Of a DNA stretch of 64,000 bases, positions 45,189 through 56,987 are shown piece by piece. Numbering within the stretch: position 1 is the first letter of the stretch; each line of letters starts with the position of its first letter. Origin of the DNA: a virus. The position numbers were made by a program, and so were the translations under genes. Where the stretch lies: the IMG/VR virus record IMGVR_UViG_2919155634_000002, positions 4,411 to 68,410 of that record. One strand, given 5' to 3'. Below the pieces are notes generated by a model. That model ran no database searches, was not told the origin of the DNA, and saw nothing but the letters and a program-made list of their open reading frames with translations.

Positions 45189-48100
45189 ATGGCTGATCAA
45201 CAAGTCCAAGGCATGCTCGTTCAGATTGAGGCCACCACTGCGCAATTGCGTCGTGAATTAGCAAGCGCAGATCAATTGGTGGCAAAGACCAGTCAGACAA
45301 TTGATCGCAACTTGGCTACCGTCGATTCGGCGTTTGATAGGGCAGGAGCGGCAGCGCAGTCGGCGGGCGTGTTGATGCGTGGCGCCTTTGCAGCAGTAGC
45401 CGGCGCGGGGCTGATCGGCGGGATCATCAAACAGGTGGATGCCTACGGGCAGATGTCCGACCGGATGAAGGCCGCCGCTGGCAGCGCCGCAGAATATCAG
45501 GTGGTGCAGGATCACCTGCTACGCACTGCGCAGGAGACGTACCGTCCACTGGCAGAAGCGCAGGAGCTGTACATCCGCACGGCAGACGTGATGCGCAGCC
45601 TTGGCTTCAACACCCAGCAGACGCTCGATATCACCGACAGTTTCAGCTTCCAGCTGGTGACCAACGCTGCGACCGCCGACAAAGCATCATCGGCGCTCGA
45701 CGCCTATTCCAAGGCGCTGCAGACCGGCAAAATCGAAGCCGACGGCTGGGTGTCCATCCAGAGCGCAATGCCCACTATCGTGCAGGCGATCGCCACCGGT
45801 ACCGGCAAGAGTGCCGACGCCATCCGCAAGCTGGGCGTTGAAGGCAAACTGTCGCTTGAGGACCTCAACAATGGCTTGCTGCGAACGGTCGAAGCCAACC
45901 GAAAAGCCGCTGCAGAGATGTCCACCAGCGTGCAGGACGCCCTGGTCAACATCAGCAATGCCATCGGCACCTTCCTGGGCAACATGGAAGACCGCACCGG
46001 GGCAGTGGGCGGCCTGTCCAAGGTGCTGCTGGCCCTGGCCGACAACGTCGATCTAGTAGCGGTCGCAATGGGTGGCGCTGGTGCCGCAGCGCTAACCCTT
46101 TACGTGGCCAAGGCCGGGATGGCGGTAAAAGCTGCGCTCGCCCAGCGAATAGCCGAAGTCGACAACGCCCGGGCTGCGATTCGCGGCGCAGAGGCCCAGC
46201 GTATCTACGCGCAGGCCCAACTGCACCAAGCAGAGGCATCCGTCGCCGCGGCTACTGGCCTGCAGCGCCTATCATTGGTGCAAACTCAGCTGCTACCCAA
46301 ACAGGCAGCGCTCACAGCATCGACCGAAGCCTTGGCCATCGCACAAGCCAATCTGACTCGGGCTGCTACTGGCGGTCTGCTGTCGGCTCTGGGCGGGCCC
46401 ATGGGGCTTGCAATTTTAGCCGGCACCGCTGCAGCGAGCTTTCTCCTGTTGCGGGACAACGCCGACAAGGCCGGTGTCAGTCTCGACGACCTGCAAAAAC
46501 CTGTTTCGCAGTTGCGCGAGGAGTTCGCCAAGCTCAACAAGGACCAGCGCGAAGCCTCGCTGGTGAAGTGGCAGCAGGAGCAGATCACCTCAACTGACAA
46601 GGTCAAAGACGCTTATGGCGATCTGGCACAGTCGATCCGCACTGCCACCGTTACCGCACCTGTTCGCGATTCAGGCGGGCAGTACAACAGGCAATTGGCC
46701 GATTACCAGTCGATCATCGATCGACTGAATGAGGCGCGCGCCAGTGGAGAGGGCCTGTCGCCCATCCTTCAGGAAGTCGGCAAGCGCTTGCAACTGCCAG
46801 CTGGAACTGTCCAGCAATGGATCACTCAGGCCGGCGCGGTCAGTGATGCTGATCAGCGATCGGCAATGATCGCCGACACGCTGCGGGTGCTCACTGGCGT
46901 TACCGACCAGAACACCGCCTCGACCCACGAAAACAACGCCGCCAAAGCGGGTATGAGTACTGCCGGGCAAACATACCTTGAGACGCTGCAAAAGCAGCTC
47001 TCAGGCCTCCAGGACAATGGCGATGCGATCAAGATCGTAAACCGGTACCTGGCCGAACATACCGACCTTACTGAAGCTGACCGTCAGGCAGCCATTTCTG
47101 TCGCAAACGCCATAGAATCACAGAAAAAGGCGAATCAAGGCGCCAAGCAAGTTACAAAGGAAGCGACCTCAGCACAGACGAAGCTGAATCAGCAGCTCAA
47201 AGAGGCGGAAACCGCTTTCCAGCAGTTGAAGAAGGTATACGACCCCGTCGGGGCGGCTGCTGATGAATTCAAGAAACAGACCCAGGCGCTCGACCTGCTT
47301 TTGTCGAAGAAAAAAATCACAACTGGCGAGTACGGTAAAGCGCTGGGTGCTCTGGCCGAGCAGTTCAACAACACCGTACGCGCCTCCACCAGCCTGTCCC
47401 AGGCGATGAAGTATCAAGCAGATCTTGACCGTCAGATTGCATTGGCTAGCCAGCAGGGAGATGCCGCCGCCGCGGCGATCGGTATGGGCGATAAGCGCGC
47501 AGGTCGGGCTCAGTCCAGGCTGGCGCTCGAGCAGGAGAACAACAGCAAAATTCTGTCCCTGCGCGATGAGCTTGCCACAGCAACGAACGAGAAACAGCGG
47601 CAGGAGCTCGAAAAACAAATCGAACTGCGTCGGGAATACGGCGCGAAGCTGGTGCAGATACAAGAGCAGACGTTTACCAAGATCGACGCTGCGCAGTCGG
47701 ACTGGGGAAACGGAGCAGCGGCGGCCTTCGAGAATTATCTCGACAGCGCTGCCGACGTCGCTGGCCAGACTCAGGACCTATTCTCCAATGCGTTCAGCAA
47801 CCTTGAGGATGGCATTGTCCAGTTCATCAAGACTGGCAAAGCGTCGTTCAAGGACTTCGCGGACGCGATCATCGAGGACCTGATCCGAATCCAGGTGCGC
47901 CAGGCTGCTGCAGGTTTTCTAAGTAATGCATTTGGTTTCATGAGTGGGGGCAGCCAGGCCCTGGGACAGGGCACGATGAGCGGATACAGCCAGGGTTCGT
48001 TTGTGGCCAATGCAAAGGGCGGGGTTTATGACTCGCCAAGCCTGTCTGCTTTCTCGGGCGGCGTGTATGACAGCCCGCAAATGTTCGCCTTCGCCAAGGG

Positions 48101-48386
48101 AGCGGGGGTTTTCGCAGAGGCCGGGCCAGAAGCAATCTTGCCCCTGCACCGGGGGCCGGACGGTTCGCTTGGTGTGATGGCCGCAGGCGCTGTCGGAGGC
48201 ACAGGCTCACCCTCGATCACCTTTGGGGGCATCACTCAACATATCCAAGTCGGGGGGCAAGCAGACGCCGCCACGCTCGCCGACGTTCGGCGCGCAGCCG
48301 AACAGGGTGCACGGGATGGCTACGATCTGATGCTGCGTGACTTCAAAACGAACGGCGCCGGCCGGCAGATGCTGCGCCGAACCTAA
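45189..48386 (+). CDS. Tape measure protein
   Basis: Long Ala/Gln-rich helical ORF; start MADQQVQG. Confidence 0.93.
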   Translation: MADQQVQGMLVQIEATTAQLRRELASADQLVAKTSQTIDRNLATVDSAFDRAGAAAQSAGVLMRGAFAAVAGAGLIGGIIKQVDAYGQMSDRMKAAAGSAAEYQVVQDHLLRTAQETYRPLAEAQELYIRTADVMRSLGFNTQQTLDITDSFSFQLVTNAATADKASSALDAYSKALQTGKIEADGWVSIQSAMPTIVQAIATGTGKSADAIRKLGVEGKLSLEDLNNGLLRTVEANRKAAAEMSTSVQDALVNISNAIGTFLGNMEDRTGAVGGLSKVLLALADNVDLVAVAMGGAGAAALTLYVAKAGMAVKAALAQRIAEVDNARAAIRGAEAQRIYAQAQLHQAEASVAAATGLQRLSLVQTQLLPKQAALTASTEALAIAQANLTRAATGGLLSALGGPMGLAILAGTAAASFLLLRDNADKAGVSLDDLQKPVSQLREEFAKLNKDQREASLVKWQQEQITSTDKVKDAYGDLAQSIRTATVTAPVRDSGGQYNRQLADYQSIIDRLNEARASGEGLSPILQEVGKRLQLPAGTVQQWITQAGAVSDADQRSAMIADTLRVLTGVTDQNTASTHENNAAKAGMSTAGQTYLETLQKQLSGLQDNGDAIKIVNRYLAEHTDLTEADRQAAISVANAIESQKKANQGAKQVTKEATSAQTKLNQQLKEAETAFQQLKKVYDPVGAAADEFKKQTQALDLLLSKKKITTGEYGKALGALAEQFNNTVRASTSLSQAMKYQADLDRQIALASQQGDAAAAAIGMGDKRAGRAQSRLALEQENNSKILSLRDELATATNEKQRQELEKQIELRREYGAKLVQIQEQTFTKIDAAQSDWGNGAAAAFENYLDSAADVAGQTQDLFSNAFSNLEDGIVQFIKTGKASFKDFADAIIEDLIRIQVRQAAAGFLSNAFGFMSGGSQALGQGTMSGYSQGSFVANAKGGVYDSPSLSAFSGGVYDSPQMFAFAKGAGVFAEAGPEAILPLHRGPDGSLGVMAAGAVGGTGSPSITFGGITQHIQVGGQADAATLADVRRAAEQGARDGYDLMLRDFKTNGAGRQMLRRT

Positions 48387-48427
48387 CAACCCATGCCAGC
48401 TCTGGCAGGCACTTTCGGAGTTATCCA

Positions 48428-49012
48428 ATGGCGGAGGAATGGCCCGAGGACCTTGAGCCCACTGAGGTCACCTGGGGCGTTGTTTACAACAATCGGGCTT
48501 TCACCTCTTCACTCAACAATGCCCAGCAAATCGCCTCGCACCCTGGCGCCTACTGGGTCTGCACCCTGACATTTGGTGTGCTGTATGAGGAAGATGAACG
48601 AGAACTGACATCGCTCCTTGGCCGTCTGCAGGGGATGTTCGGAACCGTCAACGTACCTTCGATCACCAGGGTAAGGACTGACGACATAGGATCGCCAGTC
48701 GTGGCAGCTGCTGTTGCGCAATCCACCAGCTTGCAGTTACGCAACATGCGGCCGGGCATCAGGGTTTTCAGCCGAGGTGATCACATCACCATTCTGGGCG
48801 AGATGTTTGAGGTGGTGGAGCACGCCGCTACGGATGGCAGCGGTTCTGCAGTGGTTCGCGTCAACAAGCGAGTGCGCAGAGGTTTCGCACCCGGCAGCCC
48901 GGTTGAGTATCGAAACCCCTACTGCGAGATGAGGAGAGCGGACGACACCAATCAATGGACTGTTCAGCCGGTGATATCGAATGGCAGCTACCAATTTCGA
49001 GAGGCTTTCTGA
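48428..49012 (+). CDS. Distal tail protein (putative)
   Basis: First gene after the tape measure. Confidence 0.7.
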   Translation: MAEEWPEDLEPTEVTWGVVYNNRAFTSSLNNAQQIASHPGAYWVCTLTFGVLYEEDERELTSLLGRLQGMFGTVNVPSITRVRTDDIGSPVVAAAVAQSTSLQLRNMRPGIRVFSRGDHITILGEMFEVVEHAATDGSGSAVVRVNKRVRRGFAPGSPVEYRNPYCEMRRADDTNQWTVQPVISNGSYQFREAF

Positions 49013-49614
49013 TGCCCACATCATTTCCATTCAGTCAGAGCGTGGTGGACATCATCGCATCTGGACGATTCATGACCGTTTACGCCTGCCAACTCGACTT
49101 CGCTGATGGACCTGTATATGCCCATACCGGCACTGGTGAGTTGGTGATCGACGGGATTACGTATCTCGGTGTTGGTCAATTTGGTCAGGTAGGCCAATCA
49201 CAAGAGAGCGACAACTCAGGCTCACCTATGGCTGTTGACCTAACGCTCAACGGCCTGGATGCCTACATCATCAGCGAAACAAACATTCGGGGCTGTCGCG
49301 GACGTTCTGGGAAACTGTTGTTCGTCGTTTTCGACGAAGACGGCAACTACGCCGTTGACATACTTTTCTCAGGGCGTATGGACGCAGCCACCTTCTCGTA
49401 TGCGGGTAACGGCGAGGACGGCAACAAAATCACTGTGCCGATCGTGGACCGCATGGCCGAATGGAGCCGTACCGGTACCGAGCGCTTCACTGACGAGAAT
49501 CATCGTGCACGCCACCAGGGAGACCGGTTTTTCTACGCCGTCGCCCAGCTGTCCGAGTGGCCCATCTACTGGGGGTCGAGCAAGGACGCCCCGACCTTTG
49601 CCTATGAGAAATAG
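49012..49614 (+). CDS. Tail tip / minor tail protein
   Basis: TGATG coupling; position. Confidence 0.7.
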   Translation: MPTSFPFSQSVVDIIASGRFMTVYACQLDFADGPVYAHTGTGELVIDGITYLGVGQFGQVGQSQESDNSGSPMAVDLTLNGLDAYIISETNIRGCRGRSGKLLFVVFDEDGNYAVDILFSGRMDAATFSYAGNGEDGNKITVPIVDRMAEWSRTGTERFTDENHRARHQGDRFFYAVAQLSEWPIYWGSSKDAPTFAYEK

Positions 49615-49616
49615 CT

Positions 49617-50015
49617 ATGCGCCACAGAGATTGGACGATACGTCTCAGTGAAGTGATCAAGGCCGCCAGAGAGCGGCCTTTTTCATGGGGCGAGTTTGAC
49701 TGCTGCCTGTTTGCAGCGGATTGCGCTGTTGCGGTGTGCGGAACCGACCCCGCTCAAGCATACCGGGGCACCTACAAGACTGAAGCCGGTGCAAAGCGGG
49801 CTTTACGGAAGACTCACGGCAGCCTGGAGGCGGCCTGGGATGCGTGTTTTGTCCGGGTGTCCCCTGCGTTCATCCAGCGCGGAGACATCGCGATGTATGA
49901 GGCGCCAGGTGGCAAGTCCATGGCGGTCTTCTGGGCGAGCGAATTTTGGGCGACGACCGAAGATGGCGTGCACCGCGTGGTGTGTGAGCCGACAGCTGTT
50001 TGGAGGGTGGAATAG
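49617..50015 (+). CDS. NlpC/P60-like tail protein
   Basis: FSWGEFDCCLFAADC, RGDIA. Confidence 0.75.
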   Translation: MRHRDWTIRLSEVIKAARERPFSWGEFDCCLFAADCAVAVCGTDPAQAYRGTYKTEAGAKRALRKTHGSLEAAWDACFVRVSPAFIQRGDIAMYEAPGGKSMAVFWASEFWATTEDGVHRVVCEPTAVWRVE

Positions 50016-53000
50016 ATGAGCGGTGGCGTAAAGAAACTTGCTCAGGTTGTCGTCGGCGCCGTCATTGGCTTCGTTCAGGGTGGACCCGTAGGTGCAGTGA
50101 TCGGAGCGGGTCTAGCATTCTACGCAGCTGAGCAACAGGAAAAGCTCAACACGAAGTCGCCGCTGCGCGACAACGAACCGTCTGCTCAGACCGTTCGTTC
50201 TTCCAAGGCGCCTGTTCGGTTCATCCTCGGGCGCGTCAGCACTGGCGGGGTCCTGGTCTGGGCACAGGAGGAGCGCGGGGCGCAAACGACCGGCGAATGG
50301 CTACACCTGGTATATGTGCTCTGTGAAGGCGCCATTGATGAGCTGGAGTACATCTACCTCGGTGAAGAGCTCATCGGCAGCTATGGTGCAGATGCGTCGT
50401 ATGAGCTGGTCGTCAATCCGACCCAGGTGAACACTTTCCTCAAGGAAAACTGTCCTGATTGGAAAGACACACAAATCGGCCGCGGGCTGTCGTATGTACG
50501 GATCTCCCTGCGTTACAGCGCAGAAAAATTCCCGTCCGGCATTCCCGATGCGCGCTTTGTCGTGCGCGGGCGAAATGACATTTTTGATCCCCGGACGGGC
50601 AGATCTGGCTGGACCGAGAACACGGCTCTGCACCTGCTGTGGTTTCTCCGCACGCGGTGCGGTGTGCCTGATGATGAGATCGTGTTTGAGACATTCGCGA
50701 GCGGTGCCAACGTCTGTAACGAGTCGGTGCAAAACCCGGACGGTAGCTCAAGCCCTCGGTACCGCAGCGGCTGCGTGATCGGCGCCGATGAGCAGCGCAC
50801 TAACGTATTGCAGAAGCTCGAGACGGCCTGTGCGGGCAAGCTGATCAGAGTCGGCGGCCGCTGGATGTTCCAAGCAGGAGCCTATTACGGGCCATATGAC
50901 TTCGAGATCACCGAAGACATGGTAATTGGGACAATCACCGGCAACACCGAAGCGACCAATGACGCCGCCATCAACACGATCCGCGGCACGTTCATTGACC
51001 CCCAGCAGTCCTGGACCGAGACCGACTATCCCGAGGTCGCTGTTGCTCAATGGGTTGAGGAAGACGGGGGCGAGGCAGCGGAAACGCTGTCATTCTCCTA
51101 TGTCAGCGACCCATATCAGGCTCAGCGCTTGGCAAACATCGAGCTCCGTCGGCGTCGGTCGGGTGGCGCGCTGAATATCCCGCTCAACTTGGCTGGCTAC
51201 AACTGCCGGCCTGGTCGGGCTGTGCGCGTTAACTTGCCATCACTGAACATCCTCGGCGAGTTCATGGTTACCAACTGGTCCATGGGTACCAGCGAGGGCT
51301 GTACGGCGTCGGTGCAGGCCTATGAGGGGCAAGCCCTACAACCCTATCGGCTTTATCAAGCTGCCCGCTGGCGGTCTTGGGAGCCCAACGAATCTCCGCT
51401 GGGATGTAGAGGACACAGCAGAGATAAGTCAGGGCGTGTTGAGCTGGGATCGGCCTGCAGGGATCGTTTCGGGCTTCGCTGTAACTGTGCGACAAGCGGG
51501 TGCCGCGGTGCAGGCGCTGCAAGTGCCAGAGACCACGACCCGGATGCCGATCTCTGGCCTGACATCCGGCAGCTATACCATGGGCGTGGCTGCCTTGGGC
51601 CCGCTCGCACGCTCAGGCGAAGCGACCATCACGGTTGATGTGAATGGCCCGCCAATGCCTGAAACCTGCGCTGTGCAGGCGACGATCGATACGATCACTC
51701 TTATCCCCGGCAATACGCTGCACGGCCTCAACGGCGGCACGTATGAATATTTCTGGTCGCCAGATCCAGCCGCCACGCAGGGCGAGTTCCTCGGGCGAGG
51801 GCTGAGCATCACCCACACCGGCCTGTCATTCGCCAAAAGCTATGCCTACTTCGTCCGCTCCAAGAATGCCTACGGCGTGAGCGCCTTCCTCAAGGTTGTC
51901 GCAGCGACCTCTATGGATGTTGGAGCCATCCTGGAAGGCATCAAGGGCAAGATCACCGATAGCGAGCTGGGCAAGGAGCTCACTAGCCGCATCGACCTGA
52001 TCGACAAGAACGGTCCTGGCTCGGTGAACGAGCGGGTGGGGACGGCCAAGACCGAGCTGGCCAAACAGATCAGCGACGTGAACAACGCTCTTGGCACCGT
52101 GAAGGGCAATCTCGAGCAGCAAATCACCGAAGTGGGTTCGGCCGTATCTTCTGCAAAAACAGATCTGGAAAAACAGATTGCAGCCGTTTCGGCTTTGGCC
52201 GGCTCTCTGCCTTATCGCAAGGACAAAGCATACAGCGTAGGTCAGAGCGCCTTGGGCAGCGATGGCAAGCTCTACCAAGCACTTAAAGCGGTACCGCTGA
52301 ACACGCCACCGCCGAATGCTGGCTACTGGACCGACATCGGTCAGGCTGTTGTAACGGCCAATGGATTATCTGCACGCGTGCAGGAAATTGGCCTAAGCGT
52401 CGAAGACCTAGGCGAGTCGTTCTCAGCACAAGCTGATCAGATCACTGGCCTGAAGACGACCTTGGATACCACTGCAGATAACGCTTCGGCGGCGCAGAAA
52501 GCTGCCCAGGACGCGGCAACGCTGGCCGGTGGCAAAGGCAAAGTCATTGTTCAATCAGCAGCGCCCGCAGTCGCGGACCGTCTTGCGCAGAACCTGTGGA
52601 TCGATACTACTGGGAGTGCGAACACGCCCAAGCGTTGGTCCGGTTCGGCTTGGGTTGCGGTTACCGACAAAGTAGCAACAGATGCGGCAGCTGCAGCGAA
52701 GTCAGCGCTTGACCAGGTGGGCAAGAAAGCCGATGCCACTTTAGTGAATAGCTTGAAGACGCGAGTCGACGATGCCGAGGGCGTTCTTTCTTCCCAGGCC
52801 ACAAAGCTGGATGGCATGCAGACCAGCATCGATGGCAAGGCCAGCTCGGAGGCCCTGCAACAGGTCAGCAGCCAGGTCAGTGAAACTGAAAAGAGAAATG
52901 ATGAACAGGACAGGCAGCTCTTCTCACAAAGTCAGGCCCTGACTTCGCTGAATGACAGCTTGATCGGGAAAGCGAATGCCTCGGCGGTGCAAGCCCTGGA

Positions 53001-56000
53001 TAATCGGGTCACCGATACGGAGAACGCCCTTACCAGCCAAAGCAGTGACATCACTCAGCTGAAAAACAGCGTGGGCGCGGCTCAGCCATTCGTGGCGGGT
53101 AGGGCGTGGGAGTTCACCGGCTCTACTCAGGGATGGGCGGCGATGACGGCCGGTTCAACCTTCACGCCTGGGCCGCTGTTTGCGACCGCGTTCAAGTCCA
53201 TCAGCCTGCAATGCAGTTTTTCCCCCTTTGTCGCAGGGGCTGAAAACCCCTATCTGCGTATTCGCTTGCGTCGGCGCAATACCACACGGTCAACGGCCGC
53301 AATGTATTGGGCCAATGAGGATGGGGGGCTTGCCGAGGCTCGACGATTCAACTGGCCTATCAACACGTCGAGCGGCGACTGGCAGGACATTGAGCTCGAC
53401 CTCTCTGGCCACGCTGGCTGGAATGCAAAGAAGATCTCGACCATCCGCCTGGACATGTTGAACTCCAGTGACACCAGTGGAGAAATTGACATCGCCTACA
53501 TCGCGGTCGGCAGACGGTCAGTGTCTGCCTCAGCCCAGGCTGTTTCGAGCTTGAGCAATGTGGTGACTGAGGCTGGAGAGAAATTGACCTCGCAAGGCCA
53601 GTCCATCACCAGCCTGCAGGGTGATCTCCGTACCACAAACGACAACGTCACAGCAGCCCAGCGAGCGGCACAAAACGCCGCGAATACGGCAGGTGCCAAG
53701 GGTGAGGTGATCTATGGCTCGGCCGCTCCAGCGGCTGACAAGCGTCTGCCTCAAAATCTCTGGATTGATACTACAGGAGGTGCGAACTCGCCCAAGCGCT
53801 GGTCTGGCACGGCCTGGCAGGCTGTGACGGACAAGGTTGCAGTCGATGCTGCTGCAGCCGCGGCCAATGCCCTGAACAAGGTAGAAAGCAAGGCAGATGC
53901 GTCGACCGTTGATACCTTGGTCAACAAAGTTGACAAGCAGGGGGAGGCCATTACGGCTAGTGGCGAGGCCATCACAGGCATCAACGCTTCGCTGACCCAG
54001 GTGGGCGGAGAAAACCTGCTGTTCAACCCGTCGTTCGATATTGCTTCGGCCAGCAACCCTGGGCTGGCAGACGGCTGGGGTTGGCGCAAAACAGCAACTG
54101 TGATCGTGATCCCGACGCTTCGAGATGCTGATCTGGGTGCTGAAGGCAAATGTCAACGACTGGACATCTCCGGGCTAACGGCGGGCTCAGGTTCGACCTA
54201 CGTGGATTTCGTACCCTCAGCCGCCAGCCCGGATGTGCGCCCGCCGGTTTACGAAGGGGTAATCAATACCGCTTCGGTCTTCGTGCGAGGCAACACCGGG
54301 CTGATGGCGCAGATTTACCTGCAGTACAAGGATGCAGCTGGCGCAACGCTGAGCACAGATGGACCCGCTAATCTCGTGCTCACTCCGTCCTACCAGCGTC
54401 TGTCTTTGACCTCAAATCCAGCGCCGGCGAATGCCGTCAAGATGGATGTATTGTTCAGGCTTCGTTCATCGCCTGGCTCGAGTCTCACTGGTGGATTCGT
54501 GGACCTGGACAAGGCGCAGCTGGAGCTGGGAAAGATTGCCACTGGGTGGCGCGACAATGGCAAGGCCAACTCTGCGATAGCGGCTGCCAACGCATCGGCT
54601 ACTACCGCTCTAGCTGGGCGGGTGTTGAAGACTGAGGAGGGGCTAACGAGCGCGTCCAACCAGCTGACCCAGTTGGACAACAGCCTTGGGGATGTTGGCG
54701 GAGAAAACCTCTTCTACAACCCTGGGTTTACCAAAGCTGCCAGTTCGAACGGCTCGGCTGAAGGTTGGGAAACCGAAGGTCCAGTGACGACAACTGACAC
54801 CCTGGTCACCTCATGGATGAACTCGGGCGAAAAAGCGCAGAGGATCGTTGCGCCAGGCCTGACCAACAGCGCTCAATACAAGTCACTTCGACCGTCAGCG
54901 GCCAGGCGCATCAAGGTAAGCAGCGGTCAGGCTGTGACAGCCTCGGTCTATGCCCGGAAAAGTGACAGCGATATTGGAATGCGTGTGTTCACCCAATGGA
55001 TCAATACCGCCGGCGCGGTAATCAGCGCACCTGCCTCAGAATTGATTCCGTTGACGATCGCTGGCGCTCGGGTGGCATTTTCGGCTGTCGCCCCATCGGG
55101 GGCTAGCGAGGCCTATGTTTATTTCCGGCTGTATGCCATGACGGCTACCGCTACGAATGGAACGGTGGAGCTTGCCAGGCCACAGGCAGAGTATGGAACA
55201 CGTGCCACAGGGTGGAAGGATAACGGTCAAGTCAATGCCGCCAACAATGCTGCCACTTCATCGGCTGTGAGCGGCTTGTCTTCCGCGGTTGATCAGCATG
55301 GGAAAGACCTGACCAGTGTGTCGGGACGCACCCTTACGTTGGAAAACACTGTCAACAGTACGGCCAACGGATTGGCAACCAAGGCGTCGGCCTCGGCTGT
55401 CGAGACATTGGCCAACCGCGTGACCGATGTGGAGGGTGCGAATACCACGCAGTCTGGGAGCATCACCCAACTCACCAACACCCTTGATTCGATTCAAGGC
55501 GTGCTCGGAGCTTCTGGCCTTGATCCGGCACCGAATTGTCTCTGGCAATTCGATACCAGCACAGAGGGCTGGGTGGCGGCAGGTGCAACACTGGCGCAGG
55601 GCGCGGGGTTCATCAAGATCACTGCGACCGGTTCGGATCCCCAGCTGCAGAGCGGCACGGCTGCGACGTTGGCTATCGCAGGCAGCTTGTACAGCCGCCT
55701 GCGTGCACGCATCACCCGCCGAGCCGGTGCGGTTACCGACTGGGATGGTCAGCTGTTCTATCAGACATCTGGTCACGGATTCGCGAGTAGCTACAGAGCT
55801 GTCGCGGCCAACCCCAATCTGGCAGTAGGCCAGTCGGCAGTGGTTGAGTGGGACATGGCCAACCTTGCGGCAGGTGGCGCCGACTGGCTGAGCAGCACCA
55901 TCACCCGCCTTCGCCTGGACCTGGGGGCTACTAGTGGTGGGGCGTTCGATGTGGACTGGATTGCAGTTGGCAGGGTTGCGCCTGCGGCCTCCAGTCGCGC

Positions 56001-56673
56001 TGTGGAGTCACTGACCTCTGAAGTCACTCAGAACGGAAAAGACCTGAGCGCCCAGGCCAAGCAGCTTCTTGATCTGAACACGTCGGTGGGCGATGCCAAC
56101 GCCGCGATACAGAACGAAGCCAAGACCCGCTCTGATGCTGTCGGTTCATTGAGCCAGCAGATTCAGAACACCCAGTCTTCCGTAGGTGAGACCAAGGCCG
56201 CCGTGCAGCAGGTTAGCAAGGCCCAGGCCGACTTGGACGGGAAGGTCAACGCTACCTGGTCGGTCAAGCTGGGGCTCACCTCGGGAGGCAGCTATTACGC
56301 CACGGGCTTCGGCCTAGGCCTCGAGAACCAAGGCGGGACCTTCCAATCCAGCTTCGTCGTGTTGGCAAACCGGTTCTCGGTGCTGAACCCCGTAGGAGAG
56401 GGGCTCGTCAACATCTTCACGGCGGAAAACGGTCAGGTCGTTATGAACGACGCTCTGATTTCAAAGCTCACCGTGCAGCGGGCAATTGTCGGTAGCTCGA
56501 TCAACTCGTCCGAACTGGCCAACGATGGGACACCAATCATGCGAATGGACTTCGCCTCGGGCACGCTGATCCTGCTCAACAAGGCCGCAACGGCCTACAC
56601 CGTTTACAACAGGAGGGGTATCGACATGGTCATCAACGGTGTCCGTCGTATCCGCATGGGCGAGTGGGATTGA
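50016..56673 (+). pseudogene. Tail tip / central fibre protein (gpJ-like), split by a frameshift near 51327
   Basis: Frame 50016 encodes the hub up to ...VQAYE, then becomes non-protein-like; frame 51322 carries GKPYNPIGFIKLP..., FN3-like, fibre repeats and the C-terminal domain. Confidence 0.75.
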
Positions 56674-56676
56674 ATC

Positions 56677-56979
56677 ATGCCCAGTGGACTGGAGATTTAC
56701 GGCTCTGACGGCCGACTGCTCGTCAACATGACGATGTCGATCAGTCAGCACCAAGGGGATGTTGTCACCAATGCAACGGGCGGGGCGATAACCCTGCCCG
56801 GTATTCCAGCGGGCAAGCGGCGGTTCTATATCGTCGTGCCGCTGGTCGATACGCAGCAATGGAAGGGCAAGAAGCCCGGCGTGACAATCTCAGGCAATAC
56901 GCTGTCCTGGCAATACCAGCATTCAACATGGTTTGGTCAGTTCAGCGCCAATTGCAGAATCTACTACGGCTATTATTAG
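56677..56979 (+). CDS. Tail-associated protein
   Basis: MPSGLEIYGSDGRLL; position after the fibre gene. Confidence 0.7.
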   Translation: MPSGLEIYGSDGRLLVNMTMSISQHQGDVVTNATGGAITLPGIPAGKRRFYIVVPLVDTQQWKGKKPGVTISGNTLSWQYQHSTWFGQFSANCRIYYGYY

Positions 56980-56987
56980 GAGGTGAA

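Noticed and set aside
51322-56673. Invertible tail-fibre cassette or diversity-generating retroelement driven by the extra recombinases
   Set aside because: Fibre repeats are direct and protein-level divergent. I saw no inverted crossover sites, alternative cassettes or reverse transcriptase.
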